Source of the DNA: a virus
Length of the DNA: 64,000 nucleotides
IMG/VR virus record: IMGVR_UViG_3300004093_000003
Direction: 5' to 3' (one strand)
Position 1 is the first letter of the stretch; each line of letters starts with the position of its first letter. A model generated the notes under the pieces. The model worked only from the letters and a program-made list of their open reading frames with translations, ran no database searches and was not told where the DNA came from. Made by a program: the position numbers and the translations under genes. Shown here piece after piece: positions 1 through 9,383 of this stretch.

Positions 1-215
1 CGTTCCCGCCATACGTACTGGTGATGGCCTTGGGCAGCGAGCCGCCCGACACTCGTCTCGCCAAGGTAACCCACTTTAGTAACGCCTCGATCGATGACGA
101 GCGCAACATGCAGCTAGTACTTCATTGCGTTCAAACCAACACCTATTTGCCGGCAGACTACTCGACGCGCGATCAGCTGGCTGCGATCAGCGCAAGAAGG
201 GATGCGAAGAAGTAG
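1..215 (+). CDS. 3' end of a hypothetical protein (partial)
   Basis: Frame open from the window start to TAG at 213-215; lower GC than flanks. Confidence 0.45.
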   Translation, partial: FPPYVLVMALGSEPPDTRLAKVTHFSNASIDDERNMQLVLHCVQTNTYLPADYSTRDQLAAISARRDAKK

Positions 216-224
216 AGAACGCCC

Positions 225-899
225 TCATTCCACCGGCTCCGCCAGCTCCGGCGTGTTGTTCCTGACGTTGCCGACGTCGCGCCCGACCTCCCACACGTCG
301 ATCGCGCCGGCGTAGGGCTTCATCATCTCGGCCGCGAGCTCGGGCGGCCCGCGCATCCAGTCGTCGAACTGGCTGTCCTCGAGGACCACGGGCATGCGGT
401 CGTGATACGGCGCGGTGCTGGGCGCTGGCGACGTCGTGACGATCGAGAACGTCGTGATCGTGGGCTTGCCGTCACCCTTCCAGGTGTCCCACACGCCGGC
501 GAAGGCAAAGGGCATCGCCGCCGGCTGGAAATGATGCGGCTTCTTCGTCTTGGTGTCGATCTTCTGCCATTCGTACCAGCCGCTCGCCGGCACCAGGCAA
601 CGCTTGCTCTTGAACGGCCCGCGGTAAGTCGCCGCCGTCTGGATTCGATCGTCGCGGGCGTTGATGGTGCTGTAGGCCTGCTTGCCGAGCTGCTCGGGCT
701 TCAGCCAGAACGGCACCAGCCCCCATCCTGCCATCACCAACTCACGCCCGTTGCCGGCGGGGCGCACGATCGGCATGACGTGCGTCGGCGCCACGTTGTA
801 GTTGGGCTTCAGCGGCGCCGGCGGTTCTTCGGGCAGGGTGAGCCGGTAGAGCTCGACGAGCTCCGACCAGGTCAGGCGATAGGTATAGCGACCACACAT
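225..899 (-). CDS. SOS response-associated peptidase (SRAP/HMCES family)
   Basis: MCGRY N-terminus (catalytic Cys2), YNVAPT, INAR, GWYEW and HDRMPV motifs; start moved to the MCGR ATG. Confidence 0.92.
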   Translation of the reverse strand: MCGRYTYRLTWSELVELYRLTLPEEPPAPLKPNYNVAPTHVMPIVRPAGNGRELVMAGWGLVPFWLKPEQLGKQAYSTINARDDRIQTAATYRGPFKSKRCLVPASGWYEWQKIDTKTKKPHHFQPAAMPFAFAGVWDTWKGDGKPTITTFSIVTTSPAPSTAPYHDRMPVVLEDSQFDDWMRGPPELAAEMMKPYAGAIDVWEVGRDVGNVRNNTPELAEPVE

Positions 900-1065
900 G
901 CCGAAGACGTGGCATCCGATCGCGCCGAACACAAGCCGCTAGGTTTTGGGGTCCGCTGAGCCCGACGCAGTCATTTTGCAAGCACTGCAGCGCGATCACC
1001 CGTCGCACCGATGCCGTCATTGCAGGCTGAAGACTCGGCGACCGCGGGCTCTCTACGCTCGGGCG

Positions 1066-1281
1066 ATGACTGACCCAAAGAAGCCGCCCCCGGCCAACGC
1101 CCTGCCAGTGCACTCGACCATCCCCACGCCACCGCCGTCAGAGCCACCGAAGGTCACGACCTTTTTCGGACAGCCCGTCATAATGTCGGGCACCTCCATC
1201 ACGCCGATCGCCACCGAGCCGCCGCGACCGCCTATCAGGAAGCGCCGGCGCAAGAACTGGTGGAAGGACACGCCGATCTAG
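1066..1281 (+). CDS. Small Pro-rich hypothetical protein
   Basis: ORF only (MTDPKKPPP...). Confidence 0.3.
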   Translation: MTDPKKPPPANALPVHSTIPTPPPSEPPKVTTFFGQPVIMSGTSITPIATEPPRPPIRKRRRKNWWKDTPI

Positions 1282-1459
1282 CGATCGGCGCTCTTGCTTG
1301 GCTCCGGCTGCTCCTCGCGATCACGCTTCGGTCGATCGCGCACGAATGGCCTTGGCTTTACGTGCGACATCTGGTGTCGCAGCACCGGCATAGGCAGGTC
1401 TGTAAACCTCAGCGCCGCAGACCGGGCACTTATAAGGCTTGGGCTTGTGCATGTGCTGA

Positions 1460-1720
1460 TCAACGCTTGCCGTCGCCTCGAGGATGCGCGGCATGGCGAC
1501 CCAGTTCTGTCAGCATTACCAGCGGCTCGTCGACCTGCCGCACCAGGAAGCCTGCCTCCTCGGCCGTTCGGACCGCGCGCTCGATGTCGGCCGGTTTCGT
1601 GATCCCTGCTCGAGCAGCGCAGTCGTCGATGCGCCTGAATCGTCCCCGCCGGCCGCTTGTCGCGGCATAGAGCGCCGCCACCAGGTGCGCGGCGAGCTCG
1701 ACGGGATCTCGCTTGGGCAT
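1460..1720 (-). CDS. Small hypothetical protein, possibly winged-helix
   Basis: 86-aa ORF; C-terminal AEEAGFL..LVMLTELGR resembles a winged-helix end. Confidence 0.4.
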   Translation of the reverse strand: MPKRDPVELAAHLVAALYAATSGRRGRFRRIDDCAARAGITKPADIERAVRTAEEAGFLVRQVDEPLVMLTELGRHAAHPRGDGKR

Positions 1721-1743
1721 CGGCCGAGCGTAGCCCGGAAACG

Positions 1744-1780
1744 AAAAAAGAGCCCGCCCCGGCCGAAGCCGAGGCGGGCT
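1744..1780 (-). terminator. Rho-independent terminator of the late operon
   Basis: Minus strand AGCCCGCCTCGGC-TTCG-GCCGGGGCGGGCT then CTTTTTT, downstream of the last lysis gene. Confidence 0.8.
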
Positions 1781-1873
1781 GCCTAGTTTCAGGGAGGACG
1801 TCGCGGCCGAGTCTGCATGACCGGGACGACCGACGGCGGCATGAAGAAACGCCGGCGATTTCGGATAGAGCGG

Positions 1874-2266
1874 TCACCCGCTCTTGATGTCGTAGGTCGC
1901 CAGCACCTTGGCGTAGACGGCGACGGCATCGAGCGCGATGCGGATCCCGGCCGCGATGGCGCCGGAGTCGCGGGCCGCGGCGATCGCGTCGCGGCCCTTC
2001 GCGAAGGCGACGTCGAGCACCGCCCTGGCCTTGCCGAGCTCGGCCACCACGGTAGCGTTGCTGCACAGGCGACCGGGGTTGGCCGTGGCACAGTCGGGCA
2101 GCGCCGCGTAGACCGCCGCCGCGGCCGTGGCGAGGGCGTAGTCGCGATCGACGGTCGCGAGCGCGCCTTGCACGGCCGAGCTCGCGTCGTTGCCGTCGCT
2201 GCCGCCGGATGCGCAGCCGGCGAGCAGCACGGCCGCCGTTGCGGCCGCGAGGATGGTCCTGATCAT
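1874..2266 (-). CDS. Lipoprotein, candidate outer-membrane spanin
   Basis: Lipobox LLAG-C; last gene of the lysis cassette. Confidence 0.7.
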   Translation of the reverse strand: MIRTILAAATAAVLLAGCASGGSDGNDASSAVQGALATVDRDYALATAAAAVYAALPDCATANPGRLCSNATVVAELGKARAVLDVAFAKGRDAIAAARDSGAIAAGIRIALDAVAVYAKVLATYDIKSG

Positions 2267-2279
2267 GGCTTCTCCTGGG

Positions 2280-2774
2280 CTACGCCGCCGGCGCCGGCGG
2301 CGTCGGGATGGCCGCCGACAGCTCGGGCGGCGTGGTGTTGTAGGCGTAGCGCGCCTCGAGCTTCTGGATCAGCCCGGCCTGGTCGACGCCGAGCTTCTTC
2401 AAGAGATCCGGGAACTGCTGCACGGCGTAGTTCGCCGCCTGCGCCACCGTCTCGTCCTTGACGTCGACCTTGAGCGACGCGCCGGCGCCGGCGAGGCGAC
2501 GGGTCGCCTCGGCCTGGCCGTAGGCGAGCGCGTAGTGCAGGCCCTGGTCGAGCGTGCCGGCAAGCTTGTGCGCGGTGTCCTCGCCCAGCCAGCTCGCGGA
2601 CTTCTTCACCAGCAAGCCCAGCAGGAGGGTCGCGATCGCGCCGATCGCCGGGATGACCACGGTCTGGATCAGCGGGCTGAAATCGACCTTGGTGTCCGCG
2701 GCGAGCGCCGGCAGAAGAGGAGAGAAGACGGCGAGCACCAGCATCGCCGCCAGCAAGAGCAGGCGGTTGAACAT
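2280..2774 (-). CDS. Membrane protein, holin or inner-membrane spanin candidate
   Basis: Two N-terminal hydrophobic segments; lies between lysin and lipoprotein. Confidence 0.65.
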   Translation of the reverse strand: MFNRLLLLAAMLVLAVFSPLLPALAADTKVDFSPLIQTVVIPAIGAIATLLLGLLVKKSASWLGEDTAHKLAGTLDQGLHYALAYGQAEATRRLAGAGASLKVDVKDETVAQAANYAVQQFPDLLKKLGVDQAGLIQKLEARYAYNTTPPELSAAIPTPPAPAA

Positions 2775-2807
2775 GCGACTTCCTTTGTCGGTGTGGAGGG
2801 GAAAGAC

Positions 2808-3341
2808 TTACGCGGTGATCCTGTCCTCGACCTGGTCGAGGCGGTTGGCCCAGCCCGTGGCGAACTGCGCCTGGTCCCAGCGTCGGCCGATGTAGCGCAG
2901 CAGCAGCTCGTAGCGCTCGCACTTCACGGCATAGAACAGCGCCGGCCAGTTGGTGACCTTGGCGAGCGCCGCGCGCGACTTCGGGCCGAAGTCGCCGTCG
3001 ATCACGCCGTCGTAGAGGCCTTCGCGCTTCAGCACCGTCTGCAACGCCGACGCCGGCGCGCCGACGCCGGAGTTGACGCCGAAGTCGAACAGCTCCTCGA
3101 GCAGCCGGGGATCGAGACCGGGCCCGAACGGCGCGACGTAGCGCGCGCGGTAGATCTGCCGCGCCTCGGTTTCGCTCAGGTTGGCGACGTCCGCGGCCGA
3201 TACCGGCGCGCGGCGCCAGTCGTGCAGCGTCGCCAGTGTAATGCCGTACTTGGTCGGGCCGCCGGCGTCAGCCGGGTTGTCGACGTAGCCGCCCTCGCGG
3301 GCGATGACGCGGCCGATCATGTCCTCGACGGTGTCAGCCAT
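2808..3341 (-). CDS. Endolysin, glycoside hydrolase family 108
   Basis: REGGYVDNPADAGGPTKYGIT motif; C-terminal GWANRL. Confidence 0.93.
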   Translation of the reverse strand: MADTVEDMIGRVIAREGGYVDNPADAGGPTKYGITLATLHDWRRAPVSAADVANLSETEARQIYRARYVAPFGPGLDPRLLEELFDFGVNSGVGAPASALQTVLKREGLYDGVIDGDFGPKSRAALAKVTNWPALFYAVKCERYELLLRYIGRRWDQAQFATGWANRLDQVEDRITA

Positions 3342-3347
3342 CTCTCG

Positions 3348-3728
3348 CTACCTTCCGTGATGTTGGTGGCCGCCGCTCATACGATCGAGCGTCTTGCGGA
3401 TCTCGTGGATGTCCTCTCGGATGTTCTTCAGCTGCTCGCCGGTCACTGCCATCTCCTGCTTGATGCCAGCGATGTCTTCCTTGGCGTCGTTGAACTGCGG
3501 ATAGCCGGGCAGTCCCTCGATGACCTTGCCGAGGAGGTCGATGCGGTGATGGGCTTCCTTGACGTTCGACGCCTGCAGGATCTGCTCGGTCTTGACGATC
3601 TTCTCGACCGCCGCGAGCTCCTCGCGCTTGACGTACTGGCCGGCCATCAGCCGCTGGATGACGCGCTCGACGAGCAGCAGCAGCGTCAATGCCGCCGCGA
3701 CGCCGGCGATCAGCTCGGACCAGGTCAT
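3348..3728 (-). CDS. Membrane-anchored coiled-coil lysis-cassette protein (DUF2730/Mu gp25-like)
   Basis: N-terminal TM helix then coiled coil; directly upstream of the lysin. Confidence 0.55.
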   Translation of the reverse strand: MTWSELIAGVAAALTLLLLVERVIQRLMAGQYVKREELAAVEKIVKTEQILQASNVKEAHHRIDLLGKVIEGLPGYPQFNDAKEDIAGIKQEMAVTGEQLKNIREDIHEIRKTLDRMSGGHQHHGR

Positions 3729-3885
3729 CGTGAATGTACCCTCGTGATCGCTATGTCGACCCACCATTGACAGCCGATTCGCGTCCTTCGGCTGTCAATT
3801 AGCCTCGTAGGTGCCGTTCAACACCCACTTCTGGCCGGAGATCGGCGCCGGCAAAGCGCCGCTCGGGTCGCATCGGATACATGGC

Positions 3886-6048
3886 TCACCTCGCAGCTTT
3901 CTTCAGCTGCTCGATTTCCTTCGCCATGTTGTCGTTCGCAGCCTTCAGTTCCTTGACGGCGTTGACCAGCATTGGAACCATGCCGAGCACGTCCACAGAG
4001 TTGGGCTTGCCGTCCTTGTCGAGGCCGACGAGGTCGGGCAACACCTCGACCACGTCCTCCGCAAGGAAGCCGTGCTGACGACGTGCACCGTCGTCGCCAT
4101 ATCCCTTCTTGTAGTTGAAGGCGACGGGCTGGAGCGCGGCCACCTTGTCCAAGCCCAAGGCGTCTTTGACGATGTTGGACTTGAAGCGGGCTGACGATGT
4201 GCCTAGGCAAACACCGTTACTGCCCGAGCCCTTGCGGAATTCGCCAGTGCTCAGCAGACAGACGGTGTTGTTCGTGGTTGTGGCATCAGAGGACAATGTA
4301 GCCGTCAGGGTACCATTAAATGCGGCAGCGGTCCCATTGATCGTCAGCGCCGTGCTGCCAGAAGAGCCAATAGTCAATGTCGATTCACCTCCTACCGTGT
4401 TCAAGAAACTATTGCCAGATGCACCCACCGTCGACAGCTTGACACCATAGTCACCAGCGCTGCGATAGGCGCCGATGCCCACTTCCTCGGTGCCGTTGCG
4501 CCCGAAGACGCTCAAATGATCCTTGAACGTCTGACTCCCGATTGAAAAGAAGCCAGCCGTCTGGTCGTTGCAATTAGCATTTGACCCATTAATGCAACCA
4601 CCGATGCTATAGAAGGTGACAGGCGTGGTACCCTGGTAATTGCCCTGAAAGGTGACGTTGCCGTAATTCGCCGCCATCAGCAGTCCGCGCTTCAAGAAAC
4701 CTGTCGTCTCATTGTTGAAGAGTTGGATGATGCCTTCCTGATCGCCCACGTCGTTGGTCAGCTGAATGTAGGCAGCCGAGGCGGGTCCGCCGTTGTAGCG
4801 GCCACCCAATGCCAGTGTTGCTCCGTGCATGTCGGCTCTTTGAATTTCCAAATCGAAGCCATAGTAGTTTACGGCTGGAATGGTGCCGTTGATGATCGAC
4901 AAACCACCATTATTGACCGTGAACGAGCTTGTGCCTTGGATCGTCATGCTCTCGCTGCCGACCGTCTGGCTATTGTTCACCTGATAGGTCCCCGCCCCAC
5001 CGCTCGATCCGCTCACGAACTGCACGATGTAGGTTCCCGGCGTGACACCAGCGCCGGCAACGCTCATGCCGTAACCAATGTTGATCGCCGATGGGGCGGT
5101 AACTGTAAGAGTCGTACCAGATATCGAGCACGTGCAAGTGATAGGGCCAGATGTGAAGGGTGAACCATTAACAGCCCCCGCGAGATCGCCATAGGACGGC
5201 TGTGAGAACTGTGGAACGCCCGAGGTGGAGATGCCCGTCATCCACTGATGGGCCGGTGCGGCCGCCGACTGCACGCCGCCCAGCGTCGACGCCGTCGGCG
5301 TCGCAAGGCGTGCCGCCGGTAGCGTGCCTGATACGATGTTGGCGGCATTGGTCGTATCTGTCGTCGCGCTGGCGGCGAGGCCCGAGATGTTGGAGGCCGA
5401 CGGCTGCGCGGCGACCGGCACGCCATCGGTGCCGATCGAGGTCAGGAACTGGTTGGTGACCGCGGCCTTGCTCTGCACCCCGCCCAGGGTCGACGCGCCC
5501 GGCGCCGGCAGCCGGGCTGCCGGCAGCGTTCCGGAAACGATGTTGGAGGCGTTGGTCGTGTCTGTCGTCGCGCTGGCCGCCAGGCCAGCGATGTCCGCTG
5601 CCGAGGGCTGCGCCGCCGCCGGCGTGCCATCCGTGCCGATCGACGTCAGGAACTGATGCGACGTCGCCGCGAGGGACTTGACGCCGCCCAGCGTCGAGGC
5701 GGCCGGCATCGGCAGGCGCGCTGCCGGAACCGTGCCCGTCGCGAGCTGGCTGGCGTTGAGCGCGGTAAGTGCCGCGCCATTGCCGGTCGTCGTCAGGAGC
5801 GTGCCGCTCAGCGGCAGGTAGAGGTTGCTTTCACCAGCGAGGACGAAGGTCAAGCCGCCGCTGCCGGACGTCGAAATGGTCCCGATGCGGGCCGGCGTAT
5901 AGCCGAGCGCGGCGATCACGTCCTGCGCGCGCAGCGGCCGAGGATTGCTGATCGGGCCACCGCCGGCGCCGCCCTGCCCGTAAGCGACGGTCGTCGCGCC
6001 CATGAAGAGAGCGGCGAACGCCGCTCGCCGGAAAAAGGAGGGGATCAT
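3886..6048 (-). CDS. Tail fibre/spike-like protein with C-terminal peptidase S74 intramolecular chaperone
   Basis: SSARFKSNI (S-x-x-x-K), GFLAEDV and VNAVKEL coiled coil; Gly/Ser/Thr-rich body; ATG with AAGGAAG SD. Confidence 0.85.
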   Translation of the reverse strand: MIPSFFRRAAFAALFMGATTVAYGQGGAGGGPISNPRPLRAQDVIAALGYTPARIGTISTSGSGGLTFVLAGESNLYLPLSGTLLTTTGNGAALTALNASQLATGTVPAARLPMPAASTLGGVKSLAATSHQFLTSIGTDGTPAAAQPSAADIAGLAASATTDTTNASNIVSGTLPAARLPAPGASTLGGVQSKAAVTNQFLTSIGTDGVPVAAQPSASNISGLAASATTDTTNAANIVSGTLPAARLATPTASTLGGVQSAAAPAHQWMTGISTSGVPQFSQPSYGDLAGAVNGSPFTSGPITCTCSISGTTLTVTAPSAINIGYGMSVAGAGVTPGTYIVQFVSGSSGGAGTYQVNNSQTVGSESMTIQGTSSFTVNNGGLSIINGTIPAVNYYGFDLEIQRADMHGATLALGGRYNGGPASAAYIQLTNDVGDQEGIIQLFNNETTGFLKRGLLMAANYGNVTFQGNYQGTTPVTFYSIGGCINGSNANCNDQTAGFFSIGSQTFKDHLSVFGRNGTEEVGIGAYRSAGDYGVKLSTVGASGNSFLNTVGGESTLTIGSSGSTALTINGTAAAFNGTLTATLSSDATTTNNTVCLLSTGEFRKGSGSNGVCLGTSSARFKSNIVKDALGLDKVAALQPVAFNYKKGYGDDGARRQHGFLAEDVVEVLPDLVGLDKDGKPNSVDVLGMVPMLVNAVKELKAANDNMAKEIEQLKKAAR
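5175..5757 (-). repeat. About 3 tandem 204-bp (68-aa) repeats inside the fibre gene
   Basis: Unit NASNIVSGTLPAARL..STLGGV..QFLTSIGTDG..AQPSA..GLAASATTDTT starts at 5757, 5553 and 5349. Confidence 0.9.
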
Positions 6049-6063
6049 CAAGACTTCCTTTCG

Positions 6064-6642
6064 TTAGACGCCCAGCGCCGGCCAGCCGGCGGCCGGATCG
6101 ATCGCCGCAAGCGCCGCCTGATCGGCGGCTGCACAGGCGTCCTTGAGGTCGCTGTAGCGACGGCGAATGGACGTGAAGTCTGCCTTCACCTTCTGCGACA
6201 GCGCCAGCGTCTCGGCGGCCGTCAACAGCAGCCATACGTTGTCCATGGTGCGGTAGGGCTGGCCGCCGTCCGGCCAGGCGACCCCGGGCACGGCGAGCAG
6301 GACCAGGGCCGCCGTGGTGGCGAGGCCGGTGATGTTGGACCGGCTCTCGGGATCGATCTGGAACACGCGGGGCGCGCCCTGCAGGGCGATGCCGCTTCCG
6401 GACGCGAGGCGCGCCTCGTAGGCGGCGTCGATCAGCTTGCGCTTCGCCGTCCGGAGATCCGCGAGCGCGGCCGACGCGGGATCGTGCGCGGCATAGACGG
6501 CCAGCACGGCCTCGCGCTGCGGCTCGGTGATGGCGCCGCCGAAGGTGATAGTGCCGTCCGGATTCCAGGAAAAGGGAAGTCCGGCGAGCCCGGCGGCGAG
6601 GATCTCCGCCCCGAACGTCGAGCCGATGGGTTTCTGGGCCAT
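6064..6642 (-). CDS. Tail fibre assembly chaperone (DUF4376-like)
   Basis: FQIDPESRSNI, RTMDNVWLLLT and C-terminal IDPAAGWP; follows the fibre gene. Confidence 0.7.
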   Translation of the reverse strand: MAQKPIGSTFGAEILAAGLAGLPFSWNPDGTITFGGAITEPQREAVLAVYAAHDPASAALADLRTAKRKLIDAAYEARLASGSGIALQGAPRVFQIDPESRSNITGLATTAALVLLAVPGVAWPDGGQPYRTMDNVWLLLTAAETLALSQKVKADFTSIRRRYSDLKDACAAADQAALAAIDPAAGWPALGV

Positions 6643-6651
6643 CTTCCCCTC

Positions 6652-7656
6652 CTACCTGACGGCGACCGTGACTTGGCCGGCGTAGTTGACAGTGCTGAAG
6701 GCACCGGTGTTCCAGCCCAGCACCGCCGCCGAGTGCCGCCCTTCGGCGAGCCAACCCGACGCGCCACTGAAAAACGGATAATAGGTGTCGGCGACGCCGT
6801 TGCCGCCGGCCACCGCCGGACCGCTCCCCGGGAAGGCGCCATCGAACGTGAACTGCGCTTGGCCGAGGCCGCCGGCACGCACGAGCATGTAGCCGCCGGC
6901 GAGAGCGGTGACGACGTCGTCGGCCCAGCACATGAAGGTGACGGTCCCCATCACCCCCACAGGGCTCGCTGAGGTCGTCGCGCCCGTGACGCCGCCGACC
7001 CCGCCGCCGTTCGGATAGCGCTGATACCAGGAGCGCAGCAGGTTGGTCGCGAAGTGTGAGGCGCCGTCCGTCCCTACCAAGCCGACCAGCGAACGCGTGC
7101 TGTCGGCCACGCCGGCGTTGTTCCTGACTTCCACGCCGATATTGCCGGCCGTGGTGTCCGTGCGATGGCCGCCGCCCAGCGGCCAGAACGACGGCACCAG
7201 GTTGCCGGCGCCGTCGTCCTTCACATAGAGCAGGTAATCGGTCGAGGCCGCGAGGTTCTGGTTGGCGACGCCCGAGATCTCGACGTTGGCGTTGGCAACG
7301 GCGATGCCCGCGCCCGGGATGGCGTAGGACTTGCCGTTCACCTTAATCGTGTCGCCGCCGCCGGCCGGAAGCAGCAGCAGCTGCACGTTGCTCGACCAGG
7401 TGAGTCGCGCATGGCCGGTGACCGGGAACAGCGCGTACAGCGCCTTCAACAGCTGGCCGTTGTCGGCGGGGTCGAGCGCCAGGCCGGCCGCCAGGATCGG
7501 CGCGATGACCTCCTCCTGGACGCGGTTCAGCCAGTCGCCGCTGACCACGGTGCCCGGTCCGGCGCCCGGGTTGTTGTTGAAGAAGCCCGGCGCATTGGGT
7601 CCGGCGATCGGCGCCGGCAGGGCGTTGGCGTTGTTGGCGGCGTCGATTCGGAGCAT
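6652..7656 (-). CDS. Tail fibre, baseplate-attached (Mu gp49/S position)
   Basis: N-terminal GTVVSGDWLNRVQEE..ILAAGLALDPADNGQL typical of Mu-like fibres; follows gp48. Confidence 0.8.
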   Translation of the reverse strand: MLRIDAANNANALPAPIAGPNAPGFFNNNPGAGPGTVVSGDWLNRVQEEVIAPILAAGLALDPADNGQLLKALYALFPVTGHARLTWSSNVQLLLLPAGGGDTIKVNGKSYAIPGAGIAVANANVEISGVANQNLAASTDYLLYVKDDGAGNLVPSFWPLGGGHRTDTTAGNIGVEVRNNAGVADSTRSLVGLVGTDGASHFATNLLRSWYQRYPNGGGVGGVTGATTSASPVGVMGTVTFMCWADDVVTALAGGYMLVRAGGLGQAQFTFDGAFPGSGPAVAGGNGVADTYYPFFSGASGWLAEGRHSAAVLGWNTGAFSTVNYAGQVTVAVR

Positions 7657-7663
7657 TCGGCCC

Positions 7664-8266
7664 TCAGCCTGGAACGATGAAGAAGATCAGCAGGTGACCA
7701 GGATTGGCGCGCCTCAGGACGCACTCGAGCGTCGACAGGTCGGGGTAGTTCCAGAGCGGGTCCTGCGACGCCGCCTGGCCGCCGCGGAAGTAGGTGCGCG
7801 CCAGGTCGAGCACGGTGACGACCCAGACATGGTCCGATTCGCCCACCACGTCGCCCGCCATCGACACTCCGGCGACGAAATCGCACTGCTCGCGGATTGC
7901 GATGTTCCAGCCGGCCTGCGCCGCCCACGCCGTCATGTTGTCCGGCGTCGGCGGATGGTCGGCGAAGAAGATGTCGGCCAGCGCCGCCCAGCGCTCGGCC
8001 AGCGAGCCGGGCAGCGGCTCGCAGGTGTCCGGCAAGCCCGCCATCTGCTCCCACTCGGGCAACAGCTCGACGGACGTCGTCGGGAAGCCTTCCACGTCGA
8101 GTAGCACGGCCTTGCGGTCGTGGTTGGACTTGCGTTCGTCACTTTCGACGCCGAGCAGCTTGGCCCAATTCGTGTCGAGATCGCGCGGCCACGCGCGGCC
8201 CTGCGGCAGCAGGTCCATGGTGGCACTGAGCCATTCGTCGGAGGTCGGTCTGGGAAACCTAGACAT
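7664..8266 (-). CDS. Baseplate protein, Mu gp48/YmfQ (DUF2313)
   Basis: LLPQGRAWPRD, ELLPEWEQMAGLPD and LECVLRRANPGH motifs; synteny. Confidence 0.9.
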   Translation of the reverse strand: MSRFPRPTSDEWLSATMDLLPQGRAWPRDLDTNWAKLLGVESDERKSNHDRKAVLLDVEGFPTTSVELLPEWEQMAGLPDTCEPLPGSLAERWAALADIFFADHPPTPDNMTAWAAQAGWNIAIREQCDFVAGVSMAGDVVGESDHVWVVTVLDLARTYFRGGQAASQDPLWNYPDLSTLECVLRRANPGHLLIFFIVPG

Positions 8267-9380
8267 AAGTGATGACGCCAGGGACTGCGAGTTCGCCCGC
8301 CGCGATCGCGACGTTGGCGGCCGGCAGCGTGAGGTCGTGACTGTTCTCGCCGGCGGCGCGCGCGATAGCCTCGGAGATCCACGACCGCGAGATCGCGTAG
8401 CCCGAGATCGACGGCGCCGCGCGGCGCTTCAGCATGTTGGCGACCTCCGCCGCGATCGCCGCCCGCACGGCCACGGTGTCGTTCGTCAGGTTGGCGATCG
8501 TGATGTCGATCGCATGCGGCGCCAGGGCGGTGATGTAGAGATGCGCGCAGACCGGGCGCATCGCCAGAATCGCGTCGAGCACCTGGCGCTGGTCGCCGGC
8601 GCCCGCGATGCCGGAGCTCAGGCTGTTGCCCGGGCGATAGTAGGCGTTCGTGCCGACCGGTATGCCGTTCGGCCGCAGGTCGTCGAACAGCGGCCACAAC
8701 GTCACGGCGCCGGGCGTCGGCGTCGCCGGCGCGGTGTAGACACGCGTCACGCCGGCGACGGCGAGCGCGGCGCGCTGCCAATCGTTCTGGTTGCCGCCGA
8801 ACGACGGTTCGCGATAGGCGCGCATGGCGCGCAGTAGGAGCGAGCCGTCGGCCTCGGCATCGGCGCCGCCGGCGAAGTCGGCGGCGACGATCGCCTGGTC
8901 GGCGAAGCCCGCCGGCGTGCCGACGAAGGTGAGCTGGGCGCCGATCCCGAGATTGCCGGCCTGGCCGCCCTGCGAGGCGCGGGCCATCACCGTGACGGTG
9001 CCGTCGCCACCGGCCGTGGCGTCGGCCAGCGTCTCGACGGCGACGCCGGAGGCGGTCTGCAGGACCTGGCCGGCCGCGGCGGTCTCGCCCGTCGTGCCCT
9101 GCAGGGTGACGGTGCCCTCGGCCTTGGTGGCCGCCTTGCGCTCGACGCCCTTCTGGGCGGCCCAGCGCTCGACGTACTCGCCTGAGGCGGAGAAGAGGAA
9201 GAGCTGGTTCTTGATCCAGTCGGTCGCCGTCAGGTCCTCGTCGCTCGCGGCGGCAAGAACCTCGACGAGGGCACGGTCGGGCGACTGCCGCAGGTTGGTG
9301 TCGGCGCCGGGGAAACGGGTGCGGTAGTTCGCGCCGACACGGGCGCGTAGCTCGCCGAGCGTTGGACGATTGAACGGCAT
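8259..9380 (-). CDS. Baseplate J-like protein, Mu gp47
   Basis: MPFNRPTL, GGADAE and GGNQNDW motifs; synteny. Confidence 0.92.
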   Translation of the reverse strand: MPFNRPTLGELRARVGANYRTRFPGADTNLRQSPDRALVEVLAAASDEDLTATDWIKNQLFLFSASGEYVERWAAQKGVERKAATKAEGTVTLQGTTGETAAAGQVLQTASGVAVETLADATAGGDGTVTVMARASQGGQAGNLGIGAQLTFVGTPAGFADQAIVAADFAGGADAEADGSLLLRAMRAYREPSFGGNQNDWQRAALAVAGVTRVYTAPATPTPGAVTLWPLFDDLRPNGIPVGTNAYYRPGNSLSSGIAGAGDQRQVLDAILAMRPVCAHLYITALAPHAIDITIANLTNDTVAVRAAIAAEVANMLKRRAAPSISGYAISRSWISEAIARAAGENSHDLTLPAANVAIAAGELAVPGVITYV

Positions 9381-9383
9381 CCC

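Noticed and set aside
3886-7656. Diversity-generating retroelement or invertible fibre cassette
   Set aside because: No reverse transcriptase, TR/VR pair, invertase or flanking inverted repeats seen
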